NCBI GenBank assembly: GCA_036258195.1
Contig: DATAED010000164.1
Location: 1 to 55,460 of the forward strand
DNA from: Ktedonobacterales bacterium
Lineage (GTDB): Bacteria > Chloroflexota > Ktedonobacteria > Ktedonobacterales > JADMIN01
Reading direction: 5' to 3'
Length of the DNA stretch: 55,460 bases
Both the position numbers and the translations under genes were made by a program. The notes under the pieces were generated by a model. It was not told where the DNA came from and ran no database searches. It saw only the letters and a program-made list of their open reading frames with translations. Every line of letters begins with the position of its first letter. Within the stretch, counting starts at the first letter, position 1. Of this stretch, positions 37,541-47,939 are shown in pieces.

Positions 37541-39880
37541 ATGGCTGAGCAAGAAGTAGAGTTAGTCAACCTGACCATAGATGGACGGCCAGTCAGTGTG
37601 CCGAAAGGCACGCTCGTCTGGGCTGCGGCGCGCACGCTTGGTATCGAGATACCTATCTATTGCTACCACCCCAAGATGGATCCGCTGGGCGCCTGTCGCA
37701 TGTGCTTCGTGCAGGTGGAGAAGATGCCTAAGCTGGCCACCGCCTGCACGACTGTGGTGTCGGAGGGGATGGTCGTCCGCACAGACACGCCGCAGGTGAT
37801 TAAGGCTCGTCAGGGGACGCTGGAGTTTCTGTTGATCAATCACCCGCTCGACTGCCCCATCTGCGACAAGGGCGGCGAGTGCGACCTGCAAGACTACACC
37901 CTGCGTCACGGGCCGGGCGCCAGCCGCTTCGACCTGAGCAAGCGCCACTTCCAGAAGCCGATTCCGGTGAGCGAGACGATCCTGCTGGATCGCGAGCGCT
38001 GCATCTCCTGTCAGCGCTGCGTGCGTTTCTGCCAGGATGTGGCGATGGAAGATGGGCTGGTGATGCAGGAGCGCGGCTTCAAGACAGAAGTCGGCGTCCA
38101 GCCCGACGCGCCATTCGATTCGATCTTCTCTGGCAATGTCGTGGAGATGTGCCCTGTGGGTGCGCTGACCGCCAAGAGCTATCGCTTCGTGGCGCGACCG
38201 TGGGAGCTGAAGCGCGGCAAGACGATCTGCGGCCAGTGTTCCGTGGGCTGCAACGTGCTGGCCGATGTGCGCGTGGACAAGCTGCTCCGTCAGTACTCAC
38301 GCACCAACGACGACATTGACGATGGATTCCTCTGCGACCGTGGCCGCTGGAACACTGACCTGTCCAACAGTCCCGAACGCCTGCGCCAGCCGCTGATCCG
38401 CCGCAATGGTGAGCTGCAGCCTGCCAGCTGGGATGAGGCCATTCAGCTCGCGGTGAAGTCGCTGATGGCGATCGCAGAGCGCGAGGGGGCGGGAGCGGTG
38501 GGCGGCATCGGCTCGACCCACACGACCAACGAAGAGAGCTATCTCTTCCAGAAGCTGATGCGGGCGGGGCTTGGCTCGAACAATATCGATCACTATCACG
38601 GACGCTTCCCGGCAACCGACGATGCGCGCCCGTGGGTGTGGTCAGATAGCATCGCGGGGCTGGAGCGCGCCTCGCATATCGTGCTGCTGGGCGCGGATGT
38701 CTATCATCGCCAGCCGATCATCGACCTGCGCATCCGCAAGGCGATCAGGCGTGGCGCGCAGGTGTGGGTCGTCTCGCCAGAGGCCAACCGCCTCGATCGA
38801 CTGGCGGCGGGGACGATTCGCTATCGCGAGGGGCAGATTGGCGCCATTGCGCAGTCGCTGCTGCAGGTGATCCTGAGCGAGGGGCTGACGCGCGGCGCGG
38901 TGGCGGACGAGCGCAAGGCGACGCTGGCGGCGCGGCTGCAAGGGCTGGCCAGCGCGGCGCCCGAGCAGGTGGCTAGCGCGGCGGGCTGCGACGCGGAGGC
39001 GCTGCGCACGCTGGCGCGCGAGATCGCGGGCGCGAAGGGGGCGGTCATCCTCTATGATGAGATGGCCACGCGCGAGACGACCGGCGCCACGCTGCCCACC
39101 GATGCGCTCGACCTGGCGCTGCTGACCGATAACGTCGGGCGCGCAGGCGCAGGCGTGGGGCCGCTGCTGGAGGACAACAACTCGCTGGGCGCGCGCGACA
39201 TGGGCCTGCTGCCGGACGCGCTGCCGGGCTACCGCGCGGTAACGGATGAGCAGGCGCGGGCGACGCTGGGCGAGGCGTGGGGCGCACGGCTGCCCGATGC
39301 CGCTGGGATGGACTATGACGCGATGCTCGCTGGCGGCGTCAAAGCGCTGTATGCGCTGGGCGCCGATCCGGCCAGCCGACTGGACGAGGCCGGTCGGGCA
39401 AGGCTGGCGGCGCTGGACTTCCTCGTCGTGCAGGATCTCTTCCTGACGGAGACGGCCAAACTGGCGACGGTTGTGCTGCCCGCTGTCTCGTACACCGAGA
39501 AGGATGGGACGTTCACCAACACCGAGCGCTGTGTGCAGGTCGTGCGCAAGGCGATGCTGGAGCTGCCTGGCGCGCGGGCCGACTGGCAGATTCTGCGCGA
39601 CGTGGCGCGGGCGATGGGGCTGGACTGGAGTTACAGCAACGCGGCGCAGATTCTGGCTGAGATTGGACGGACGACGCCGATCTACGCGGGCGTCTCGCGG
39701 CGAGGGCTGGGCCAGACTGGCGCGCGCTGGCCGCTGGCAGCCGTCCCGTCCGGCGCTGACCATCAGACGACCGTCAGTGGATCACCGTACCTGACCGTCC
39801 AGATGCTCGTGAGTGGCGTGGCCAATGGACGAGGCGCAGACGAGTTGGCGCTTTCGACCGGACGAGGGGAGCAGGCCTGA
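37541..39880 (+). CDS. nuoG: NADH-quinone oxidoreductase subunit G
   Basis: N-terminal 2Fe-2S and 4Fe-4S motifs (CYHP...CRMC, HPLDCPICDKGGEC, CISCQRCVRFC), then a molybdopterin-like domain. Confidence 0.96.
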   Translation: MAEQEVELVNLTIDGRPVSVPKGTLVWAAARTLGIEIPIYCYHPKMDPLGACRMCFVQVEKMPKLATACTTVVSEGMVVRTDTPQVIKARQGTLEFLLINHPLDCPICDKGGECDLQDYTLRHGPGASRFDLSKRHFQKPIPVSETILLDRERCISCQRCVRFCQDVAMEDGLVMQERGFKTEVGVQPDAPFDSIFSGNVVEMCPVGALTAKSYRFVARPWELKRGKTICGQCSVGCNVLADVRVDKLLRQYSRTNDDIDDGFLCDRGRWNTDLSNSPERLRQPLIRRNGELQPASWDEAIQLAVKSLMAIAEREGAGAVGGIGSTHTTNEESYLFQKLMRAGLGSNNIDHYHGRFPATDDARPWVWSDSIAGLERASHIVLLGADVYHRQPIIDLRIRKAIRRGAQVWVVSPEANRLDRLAAGTIRYREGQIGAIAQSLLQVILSEGLTRGAVADERKATLAARLQGLASAAPEQVASAAGCDAEALRTLAREIAGAKGAVILYDEMATRETTGATLPTDALDLALLTDNVGRAGAGVGPLLEDNNSLGARDMGLLPDALPGYRAVTDEQARATLGEAWGARLPDAAGMDYDAMLAGGVKALYALGADPASRLDEAGRARLAALDFLVVQDLFLTETAKLATVVLPAVSYTEKDGTFTNTERCVQVVRKAMLELPGARADWQILRDVARAMGLDWSYSNAAQILAEIGRTTPIYAGVSRRGLGQTGARWPLAAVPSGADHQTTVSGSPYLTVQMLVSGVANGRGADELALSTGRGEQA

Positions 39881-41130
39881 TGAGCGACCTCGCATGGTTC
39901 CTGGTTGGCGCGCTCGTCAAGAGCATCATCGCGATTGTGGCGCTGCTGACCGCGTTCGCCTATATGACGCTGATCGAGCGGCGCGTCATCGCGCGCTTCC
40001 AACGGCGTGTCGGGCCGAATCGCGCTGGCCCTTTCGGAGTCTTCCAGCCACTGGCTGACGCGCTGAAGATGGCGTTCAAAGAAGAGATTCTGCCGACCAA
40101 GGCGAGCCGTCTGGTCTTCCTGGTTGCGCCCGCCATCTCGGTCATCGTGGCGCTGACGGCCTTCGCCGTGGTGCCGCTGGGTGGGCCGACCACGTGGGGA
40201 AACACCTCCATCGCGCGGGCCTGGGCGCCCTACATCGCTGACCTGAATGTCGGCGTGCTGTATATCTTCGCCATCTCCTCGCTGGCAGTCTATGGCATCG
40301 TGCTGGCGGGCTGGTCATCGGGCAACAACTATTCGCTGCTGGGCGCGCTGCGCTCGGCGGCGCAGATGGTCTCCTACGAGGTCAGCATCGGCCTGGCGAT
40401 CGTCGGCGTGCTGATGTTCGCTGGTACGCTGAACATGGTCGGCATCGTGCAGGCGCAGACGCAGCAAGGCATCTGGTTCATCCTGGCGCAGCCGCTCGGC
40501 TTCCTGCTCTATGGCATCGCGGCGGTGGCCGAGGTGAATCGCGCGCCATTCGATCTGCCAGAGGCCGAGCAGGAGCTGGTGGCGGGCTACCTGACAGAGT
40601 TCAGCGGTCTGCGCTGGAGCCTCTTCCAGATGGCGGAATACATCAACATGATCACGGCGAGCTCGGTCGTGGCCACGTTGTTCTTTGGCGGGTGGACGCT
40701 CGGCTCGCTGAATGGCATCTTCGGGCTGCCGTTCATCTGGTATTTCATCAAGGTCGCCGTCTTCCTGTTCATCTTCATCTGGCTGCGCGCGACGCTGCCA
40801 CGCATCCGTTACGACCAGTTGATGCGCTTCGGCTGGCAGGTGTTGCTGCCGCTGTCGGTGCTGAATGCGCTGGTGACGGCTGCGGTGGTGGCGTTTGGCG
40901 CGCCGTGGTGGGTGAGCGGGCTGATCGGGCTGGCCATTCTGGTGATCGTGGTGGGCGCTTACTATGCCACCGCGCGGCGCGGCCAGGTGGCGACGAAGAG
41001 CGGCGTCAGCCAGGTAGCGCAGGCGCCCTCATCGGTGCGGCTGGTATCCGGGGCGCCAGCGACCATCGAGTCAACGCAACCGTCAGAGCAGCGCGCCGCA
41101 GAAGCGCACGCTGCCTCTGGCGCGCAATAG
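39880..41130 (+). CDS. nuoH: NADH-quinone oxidoreductase subunit H (with C-terminal extension)
   Basis: ERRVIARFQRRVGPN, AEVNRAPFDLPEAEQELVAGY, and RATLPRIRYDQLM. TGATG overlap with nuoG. Confidence 0.96.
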   Translation: MSDLAWFLVGALVKSIIAIVALLTAFAYMTLIERRVIARFQRRVGPNRAGPFGVFQPLADALKMAFKEEILPTKASRLVFLVAPAISVIVALTAFAVVPLGGPTTWGNTSIARAWAPYIADLNVGVLYIFAISSLAVYGIVLAGWSSGNNYSLLGALRSAAQMVSYEVSIGLAIVGVLMFAGTLNMVGIVQAQTQQGIWFILAQPLGFLLYGIAAVAEVNRAPFDLPEAEQELVAGYLTEFSGLRWSLFQMAEYINMITASSVVATLFFGGWTLGSLNGIFGLPFIWYFIKVAVFLFIFIWLRATLPRIRYDQLMRFGWQVLLPLSVLNALVTAAVVAFGAPWWVSGLIGLAILVIVVGAYYATARRGQVATKSGVSQVAQAPSSVRLVSGAPATIESTQPSEQRAAEAHAASGAQ

Positions 41131-41153
41131 ATCACTAGCGGGAGTAGGCGCTC

Positions 41154-41777
41154 ATGGCGATGGAAATGATCAAGGGTCTGGCGACAACACTGCGCGAGCT
41201 GGGCCAGAAGCCGACCACCGTGTCGTATCCGGAAGAAAAGCGCGAGATGCCGCCTCGTTTCCGGGGACGGCATGTGCTGCACCGCTATGAGAACGACCTG
41301 GAGCGCTGCGTCGGCTGTTTCCTGTGCGCAGGCGCATGCCCGGCGGATGCCATCTATATCGAGGCGGCGGAGAACAGCGACGAGAACCGCGTTTCACCAG
41401 GCGAGCGCTATGCGCGGGTCTTCGACATCAACATGCTGCGCTGCATCTTCTGTGGCTATTGCCAGCAAGCCTGCCCGACCGGCGCCATTACGCTGGAGAA
41501 CATTTACGAACTGGCCAGCATGCACGCCGAAGACCTGATCTATCACAAGGAGCAACTGCTGGAGCCAGTTGGCTCGGCCACGCGCGGCTCGCTGGACGTC
41601 TGGTCGGCCACGCCGCCCGAGGAGACGGTGACGCCGCTGCCTGGTCGCCAGGGCTTCTTCGATGGCCAGCCAGCCACGGCGGCGGCTGTGGGGCAGGCCG
41701 ATCTGCCAGCCGAGCAAGAGATCGAGCTGGGTGACGAGCTGGCGAGCCGCGATGCGGCATCGGTGGAGGGAGCATAG
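41154..41777 (+). CDS. nuoI: NADH-quinone oxidoreductase subunit I (with C-terminal extension)
   Basis: Two ferredoxin motifs: CVGCFLCAGACP and CIFCGYCQQACP. Confidence 0.95.
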   Translation: MAMEMIKGLATTLRELGQKPTTVSYPEEKREMPPRFRGRHVLHRYENDLERCVGCFLCAGACPADAIYIEAAENSDENRVSPGERYARVFDINMLRCIFCGYCQQACPTGAITLENIYELASMHAEDLIYHKEQLLEPVGSATRGSLDVWSATPPEETVTPLPGRQGFFDGQPATAAAVGQADLPAEQEIELGDELASRDAASVEGA

Positions 41778-41781
41778 CTGT

Positions 41782-42333
41782 ATGCCTGTGCTCTTCAATC
41801 AGATCGCCTTCTACGTACTGGCGGTTGTCGCAGTGGCCTCGGCGCTCGGCGTCGTGCTGAATCGCAATGCCGTCTACAGCATGCTCAGCCTGATCGTGAA
41901 TCTGCTGAGTCTGGCGCTGTTTTTTCTCTCGCTTGGCGGCCTGTTCATCGCGACGATTCAGGTGCTCATCTATGCTGGCGCTGTGATGGTGCTCTTCCTG
42001 TTCGTCGTTACGATGCTGACTCCCGGCGGCCAGGCGCGGCAGGGCGACGACCCGCTGCGCTGGCAGTGGGGTGCAGGCATCGGGATGGGCGTCATCCTGA
42101 TCGGCGCGCTGACGTGGGCTGGCCTGACGGGCGCCATCACCCACGACGCGAAAGCGGCTGGCCTCAGCTCGCTCACTGCGGCGATGCAGAGCTTCGGGGG
42201 CAACACCGAGGCGTTCGGCATGGCGCTGTTCCATGGCTACGCATTCCCGTTCGAGATCACCGGGCTGCTGCTGGTGGCGGCGGCGCTGGGCGCGGTGGCG
42301 CTGGGCAGGCGCCCAGACGCGGCAGACGAATAG
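41782..42333 (+). CDS. nuoJ: NADH-quinone oxidoreductase subunit J
   Basis: Five-TM profile, IQVLIYAGAVMVLFLFV. The start is at the ATG at 41782 just after the nuoI stop, so the track ORF start at 41662 is rejected. Confidence 0.9.
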   Translation: MPVLFNQIAFYVLAVVAVASALGVVLNRNAVYSMLSLIVNLLSLALFFLSLGGLFIATIQVLIYAGAVMVLFLFVVTMLTPGGQARQGDDPLRWQWGAGIGMGVILIGALTWAGLTGAITHDAKAAGLSSLTAAMQSFGGNTEAFGMALFHGYAFPFEITGLLLVAAALGAVALGRRPDAADE

Positions 42334-42354
42334 AGCTGCGCAGGAGGTAACGCG

Positions 42355-42654
42355 ATGCCGCTTTCCGCTTACGTGATCCTCAGCGGTGTGCTCTTCGCCA
42401 TCGGCGCGCTGGGCGTGCTGGCGCGCAAGAATCCGCTGATCATGTTCATGTCGATCGAGCTGATGCTGAACGCCGTCAATCTCTCCTTCATGGCGTTCGC
42501 GCACTTCCTCGACTCCGTGCAGGGCTGGATCTTCGTCTTTCTGACGCTCACCGTCGCCGCCGCAGAGGTCGTGGTGGGGCTGGCGATCATCGTCTCGATC
42601 TTCCGCAGTCGCACTAACATCGATGTGGACGAGCTGAACTCGTTGAAGGGCTAG
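42355..42654 (+). CDS. nuoK: NADH-quinone oxidoreductase subunit K
   Basis: 99 aa, three TM helices, [11 protein letters not shown] and [11 protein letters not shown]. Confidence 0.94.
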   Translation: MPLSAYVILSGVLFAIGALGVLARKNPLIMFMSIELMLNAVNLSFMAFAHFLDSVQGWIFVFLTLTVAAAEVVVGLAIIVSIFRSRTNIDVDELNSLKG

Positions 42655-42655
42655 T

Positions 42656-44623
42656 ATGTTGAATCTGACACCGTACATCCTGCTGGCCCCGCTCGTTGGG
42701 TTTGTCGTGCTCGGCCTGCTGGGGCGCGTGATGCCGCGCGCAGCCATCTCGCTGGTGGGCTGCGGCGTCGTGCTCGTGGGGTTCGCGCTGGCGCTGGCCG
42801 ATCTACTCTCAATGCTGGGAACCCCCTCAGACGCGCGCGCCAGCGACATAACGCTGTGGACGTGGATCACCGCAGGCAGTTTCCATGTGCAGTTTGGGCT
42901 GCTCTTCGATCCGCTCTCGGCGGTGATGCTGATGGTGGTGACGGGCGTGGGCTTCCTCATCCATGTCTACTCCATCGGCTACATGGAAGATGATCCCGGG
43001 TACTGGCGCTTCTTCTGCTTCCTGAACTTCTTCATCTTCGCCATGGCCCTGCTGGTGGCGGCGGACAACTTCCTGTTCCTGCTGGTAGGCTGGGCCTGCG
43101 TCGGTCTGGCGTCGTTCCTCCTGATCGGGTTCTGGTACACGCGACCATCGGCGGTGGCGGCGGCGCGCAAGGCGTTTGTCGTCAATGTCATCGGCGACTT
43201 CGGGCTGTTGATCGCCATCTTCTTGCTCGTCGGAGTGTATCAGGGCGCGCTGGACTATGGGACGATTCTGGGCGTGCAGGGCGGCTCGGCGCCCGACCCG
43301 ACAGCGCTGGCGCCGAGCGGTGTGCTGCTGGCTATCGCGCTGCTGCTCTTCGTGGCCGCCGCCGCCAAATCCGCGCAATTGCCGTTGCACGTCTGGCTGC
43401 CGGATGCGATGGAAGGCCCGACGCCAGTCAGCGCGCTGATTCATGCCGCGACGATGGTGACGGCGGGCGTCTATCTGGTGGCGCGCGCGCATGTGCTGTT
43501 CGAGGCGGCGCCCACTTCGCTGGTGGTGATCGCGGTAGCGGCGGGGGCGTCGGCCTTCATGGCGGCGACCATCGCCTGCGTAAATAACGACATCAAGCGC
43601 ATCCTGGCGTATTCGACGATAAGCCAGATCGCCTACATGTTCATGGGCGAGGCGGCTGGCGGGTTCAGCTCCGGCATCTTCCATCTGGTCACGCACGCCT
43701 TCTTCAAGGCGCTGCTCTTCATGTGCGCAGGCGCAGTGATCCACGCGCTGGGCGGTGAGCAGGACATCCGCAAGATGGGCGGGCTGCGCGAGCGGCTCTC
43801 GGGCGTTTTCTGGCTGTTCGTGGTGAGCGGGCTGGCGCTGGCGGCGATCTTCCCCTTCGCGGGCTTCTGGAGCAAAGACGCCATTCTGGGGGCCGTCTTG
43901 CAAAGGGCGACGGCGAGCGGCGCGGCTGGCTGGTATGTCCTCTATGCGGTTGGGCTGCTCACGGCTGGCCTGACGGGCTTCTACATCTTCCGGCTCATCC
44001 TGGTGACGTTCTTCGGCCAGTATCGCGGCGCTCCGGTCGCCGGGCACGGCGCCGCGCATGGGGCGACGATCGGCGAGCCGCTGGCGGGGCTGCACCAGCC
44101 CGGGATGGCGCTGATGGCGCCGATGTGGGTGTTGGGCGCGCTCTCGCTGGTGGGTGGCGTGGTCGATCTGCCGGGCAGCCAGTGGCTCAATGACTTCCTG
44201 GTCACGGCGGCGCCGAGCGCGACAGAGCTCTCGTCGGGACTCGTGTGGGGATCGATGATCGCTGGGCTGATCTGCGCTCTGGTGGGCATCGGCGTGGCGT
44301 GGTCGCGCTATGCGCGCGGGCAGAGTCCGGCGACGGATGATGTGCCGGCCAGCGCGCTGGTCGTCTTCCTGCGGCGACGCTGGCTGATTGACGATCTCTA
44401 CGACGTGGTCGTCGTGCGGCCGGTGCTGGCGTTCTCGCGGGCGCTGCGCCTGGGCGTGGAAGATGACACGCTCGACGCTGGATCGCGCGGCCTGGGTGAC
44501 GCTTTTGGCAGCCTGAGCGCTGGCCTGCGTGGCTTCCAGACGGGCTTCCTGCGCAACTACACGCTGACGCTCTTCCTGGGCGCGGTGGTCATCCTCGTCT
44601 ACTTCATCGCTGTGAGCCAATAG
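42656..44623 (+). CDS. nuoL: NADH-quinone oxidoreductase subunit L
   Basis: Antiporter-like subunit: KSAQLPLHVWLPDAMEGPTPVSALIHAATMVTAGVYL, with a long C-terminal lateral helix region. Confidence 0.96.
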   Translation: MLNLTPYILLAPLVGFVVLGLLGRVMPRAAISLVGCGVVLVGFALALADLLSMLGTPSDARASDITLWTWITAGSFHVQFGLLFDPLSAVMLMVVTGVGFLIHVYSIGYMEDDPGYWRFFCFLNFFIFAMALLVAADNFLFLLVGWACVGLASFLLIGFWYTRPSAVAAARKAFVVNVIGDFGLLIAIFLLVGVYQGALDYGTILGVQGGSAPDPTALAPSGVLLAIALLLFVAAAAKSAQLPLHVWLPDAMEGPTPVSALIHAATMVTAGVYLVARAHVLFEAAPTSLVVIAVAAGASAFMAATIACVNNDIKRILAYSTISQIAYMFMGEAAGGFSSGIFHLVTHAFFKALLFMCAGAVIHALGGEQDIRKMGGLRERLSGVFWLFVVSGLALAAIFPFAGFWSKDAILGAVLQRATASGAAGWYVLYAVGLLTAGLTGFYIFRLILVTFFGQYRGAPVAGHGAAHGATIGEPLAGLHQPGMALMAPMWVLGALSLVGGVVDLPGSQWLNDFLVTAAPSATELSSGLVWGSMIAGLICALVGIGVAWSRYARGQSPATDDVPASALVVFLRRRWLIDDLYDVVVVRPVLAFSRALRLGVEDDTLDAGSRGLGDAFGSLSAGLRGFQTGFLRNYTLTLFLGAVVILVYFIAVSQ

Positions 44624-44640
44624 GCCATAGGGGCGCTTTC

Positions 44641-46188
44641 ATGACGCAGTTTCCGATGCTCAGTGCGATCATCTTCACGCCAATCGTGGGCGCGCTCATC
44701 GCGCTCGTGCTGCCACGCCGCGCGGCGTGGGGCTGGGGCGTGCTCGTCGCGCTGATTGACCTCGCGCTGGCGGTGGCGCTGCTGCCGATGACGAGCGCGG
44801 GCGCCGCTGGCTATCAGTTCGTCGAATCGGTGCGCTGGCTCCCCGACCTGGGCATCAACTATTCGCTGGGTGTCGATGGCCTGAGCCTGTTTCTGCTTAG
44901 CCTGAATGGGTTGGTGACGCTGGTCGCGCTGATCGCTTCGTGGCCGCAGGCGCAGACGGGCGAGCGGACACGCAGTTACATCGCGCTGATGCTGTTGCTG
45001 GCAGGCTCCATGCAGGGCATCTTTCTGGCGACTAACCTCTTCCTGTTCTACATCTTCTGGGAGCTGATGCTGGTTCCGGCCTACCTGGTGGTGGGCATGT
45101 TCGGCGGGGCGCGCCGCACCTATGCCGCGATCAAATTCGTGCTGTATACAGCGGTCGGCTCGCTGTTGATGCTGGTCGGCATCATCTGGCTGGGCTACAT
45201 GGTCTCGTCCTCGTCGGCGACGCCTTTCACGCTGGATCTGCCGACGCTGCTGGCGGAGGGTGTGCCAGCGGCGGCGCAGCCCGCGCTCTTCTTCGCCTTC
45301 ATGGCGGCCTTCGCGGTAAAGGCAGGTCTCTTCCCGCTGCATAGCTGGGCGCCAGACGCCTATGTGGAGGCGCCCGCGCCAGCGACGGCGGTCATTGCGG
45401 GGGTGATGGCCAAGACGGGGATCTATGGCATGCTGCGGATCGTGGCGCCGCTGTTTCCTCTGGCCATGCGCGACTATTTCCCGCTGATCGGCACGATGGC
45501 GGTCGTTGGTATCCTGTACTTCGCGCTCCAGGCGCTCGTCTCGAACGACTTCAAGCGTCTGTTGGCCTATGTGAGCCTGAGCCATATGGGCGTGATCGTG
45601 CTGGGGGTCTTCGCACTCAACGCGCAGGGCATCCAGGGCGCGATCTTGCAGATGATCAACCACGGGATTATCATCGCGGCGCTATTCCTGATCGCCGCTG
45701 CCATCGAGACACGCATCGGCGTGCGGCGGCTGAGCGATTTCGGCGCGCTGGCGACGCGGCTGCCGTGGCTGGCGACGGCCTTCCTGATCACGGCGCTGGC
45801 GGCGTTGGGTCTGCCGGGGCTGAATAGCTTCGCGGGCGAGTTCCTGGCCTTCCTGGGCGCGTTCCATGCCAACTGGGTCTATGGCGCGGTGGCGACGCTG
45901 GTGGTGATTCCGGCGGCGTGGTACATGTTGCGCTTCTTCCAGGGCGTCGTGGAGGGACCAGCGCCAGACGCTGGGCCGGTGGCGAAGGCGCTGAGTGGCG
46001 CGAGCGCGAAGCTGGCCGATCTGCGCTGGCAGGAATGGCTGGCGCTGATACCGCTGATCGCGCTGATCTTCTATCTGGGGATAGCGCCCGCGACGATGAC
46101 CTCACGGACGGAAGCTGCGACGCAGCAGATATTGACGACGACCCAGCACATCGCGCCAGGCGCGGTCGGCGCGACCCACGGCGGCTGA
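44641..46188 (+). CDS. nuoM: NADH-quinone oxidoreductase subunit M
   Basis: Antiporter-like subunit: FPLHSWAPDAYVEAPAPATAVIAGVMAKTG. Confidence 0.95.
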   Translation: MTQFPMLSAIIFTPIVGALIALVLPRRAAWGWGVLVALIDLALAVALLPMTSAGAAGYQFVESVRWLPDLGINYSLGVDGLSLFLLSLNGLVTLVALIASWPQAQTGERTRSYIALMLLLAGSMQGIFLATNLFLFYIFWELMLVPAYLVVGMFGGARRTYAAIKFVLYTAVGSLLMLVGIIWLGYMVSSSSATPFTLDLPTLLAEGVPAAAQPALFFAFMAAFAVKAGLFPLHSWAPDAYVEAPAPATAVIAGVMAKTGIYGMLRIVAPLFPLAMRDYFPLIGTMAVVGILYFALQALVSNDFKRLLAYVSLSHMGVIVLGVFALNAQGIQGAILQMINHGIIIAALFLIAAAIETRIGVRRLSDFGALATRLPWLATAFLITALAALGLPGLNSFAGEFLAFLGAFHANWVYGAVATLVVIPAAWYMLRFFQGVVEGPAPDAGPVAKALSGASAKLADLRWQEWLALIPLIALIFYLGIAPATMTSRTEAATQQILTTTQHIAPGAVGATHGG

Positions 46189-46233
46189 CCGGCGGCGAGC
46201 GACGTTGAGCAGAGAGTCTAGAGGCGACACACG

Positions 46234-47883
46234 ATGTTAGTGCCATCACCATTTACCTATACGCCAACCGGCGCCGACTGGCTGCACATTCTGCCAGAGC
46301 TCATCCTTCTGGCGGCGGTGTTCGTGACGCTGCTGGCCGATCTGGCGCTGCCAGAGGGGCGCAAGGGCTGGATGGCGGCAATCGGCGTCGTCGGCGCCAT
46401 CGCCTCTGGTCTCTCGCTGATCTATGTGAGCGGCTTCGGCGTCACGTCGGCCTTCTATGGCATGATCTCGACCGATGGCGTGGCGCTGCTGTCGGCAGGC
46501 GTGGTGCTGCTGTCATTGCTGCTGGCGCTGCTGCTCTCGCCTGGCTACGTAACACGCCAGAAGATCCGGCGTGAGGGCGAGTATTACGTGCTGCTACAGC
46601 TCGCCGCGCTTGGCATGATACTGATGGCGGCGGCGACCAACCTGATGACGATCTTCGTCGGGCTGGAGACGCTCTCACTCTCGCTCTACATCCTGTGCGC
46701 GCTGCCCCAGACGCGCCTGCGCTCGCAAGAAGCGGGCATGAAATACTTCATCCTGAGCTCCTTTGCGTCGGCGTTCCTGCTCTATGGGATGTCGCTGATC
46801 TACGGAGCCACTGGCTCGACCGGCATCGCGGACATCGCGACGTTCCTGACCAGGCATCAGTCGGCGCTCTCGCAGGGCTTCATTCCGCTGCTGATCGTCG
46901 GGATGTCGCTGATGGTGGTGGGCTTCGGCTTCAAAGTCTCGGCGGTTCCCTTCCAGGCGTGGACGCCTGATGTGTATACAGGCGCGCCGACGACGGTGAC
47001 GGCCTTCATGTCGGTCGGCACGAAGGTCGCGGCGTTCGCGGCGCTGGCGCGCGTCTTCATCCAGGCGTTGCAGACCCAGAACTCGCACTGGCAGCCGGTG
47101 ATGTGGGCGCTGGCCGTGCTGACGATGGTGGTGGGCAACCTGCTCGCGGTGACGCAGCGCGACGTGAAGCGCATGCTGGCGTATTCCAGTGTCGCCACTG
47201 CGGGCTATCTGCTGGTGGCGATTGCGACTGGCTCGCACGGCGCGCTGGCTTCGCTGTTCTTCTACCTCGCCGCCTACGCCGTCATGAATATCGGCGCGTT
47301 TGGCGTCGTTCTGCTGGTGGAGCGCAGCGATGGACGCGGCACAACCCTTGAAGACTTCAATGGCCTGGGGCGACGCAATCCGGCGCTGGCGCTGGCGATG
47401 GCGGTCTTCCTCTTCTCCCTGGCGGGTGTGCCACCGACAGCGGGCTTCCTGGCGAAGTACTTCGTCTTCTACGCCGCGATTGTGGGCAACCAGACGCCGC
47501 TGGCGATCATTGGCACTCTGGCGAGCGTGCTGGGCATGTTCTATTACCTGCGCGTGGTCTGGGCGATGTACTTCGTGGAGCCGACGCCTGGCGTGCGGCC
47601 CGTGGCGATTGCAGAGCCGGAGCCTGCGCTGGCGGCGGTGAGTGTTGCCGTCAATGGCGCACGCGAGGCGACTGAGCGCGCGCCCGAGCAGGTGGAGTCG
47701 CCCGCGCTGGTCGAGCGGCAGGCTATCGAAGTGCGCTCGACGCTGACGAGCGTGCGCATCGCGACGCCGCCCAGCGCGGCAGTGGCGCTGGTTATCGCGG
47801 TGGCGGCCACGCTGCTGCTGATCGTGCTGTCCGGCCCGCTGGACGCCTACGCGCAGGTGGCCGCTGCGGCGCTCTTCCGGTAG
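46234..47883 (+). CDS. nuoN: NADH-quinone oxidoreductase subunit N (with C-terminal extension)
   Basis: Antiporter-like subunit: VPFQAWTPDVYTGAPTTVTAFMSVGTK. Last gene of the operon. Confidence 0.95.
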   Translation: MLVPSPFTYTPTGADWLHILPELILLAAVFVTLLADLALPEGRKGWMAAIGVVGAIASGLSLIYVSGFGVTSAFYGMISTDGVALLSAGVVLLSLLLALLLSPGYVTRQKIRREGEYYVLLQLAALGMILMAAATNLMTIFVGLETLSLSLYILCALPQTRLRSQEAGMKYFILSSFASAFLLYGMSLIYGATGSTGIADIATFLTRHQSALSQGFIPLLIVGMSLMVVGFGFKVSAVPFQAWTPDVYTGAPTTVTAFMSVGTKVAAFAALARVFIQALQTQNSHWQPVMWALAVLTMVVGNLLAVTQRDVKRMLAYSSVATAGYLLVAIATGSHGALASLFFYLAAYAVMNIGAFGVVLLVERSDGRGTTLEDFNGLGRRNPALALAMAVFLFSLAGVPPTAGFLAKYFVFYAAIVGNQTPLAIIGTLASVLGMFYYLRVVWAMYFVEPTPGVRPVAIAEPEPALAAVSVAVNGAREATERAPEQVESPALVERQAIEVRSTLTSVRIATPPSAAVALVIAVAATLLLIVLSGPLDAYAQVAAAALFR

Positions 47884-47888
47884 CGCAG

Positions 47889-47930
47889 CGACCTCACCGC
47901 CGACCCTTCTCTCACAGGGAGAGGGGGAGC
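47889..47930. repeat. REP-like intergenic hairpin element, copy 2
   Basis: CGACCTCACCGCC leader followed by ACCCTTCTCTC-ACA-GGGAGAGGGGG. The stem is kept by G-U wobbles relative to copy 1. It lies between the convergent nuoN and GT2 genes. Confidence 0.55.
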
Positions 47931-47939
47931 GTGCGGCGA

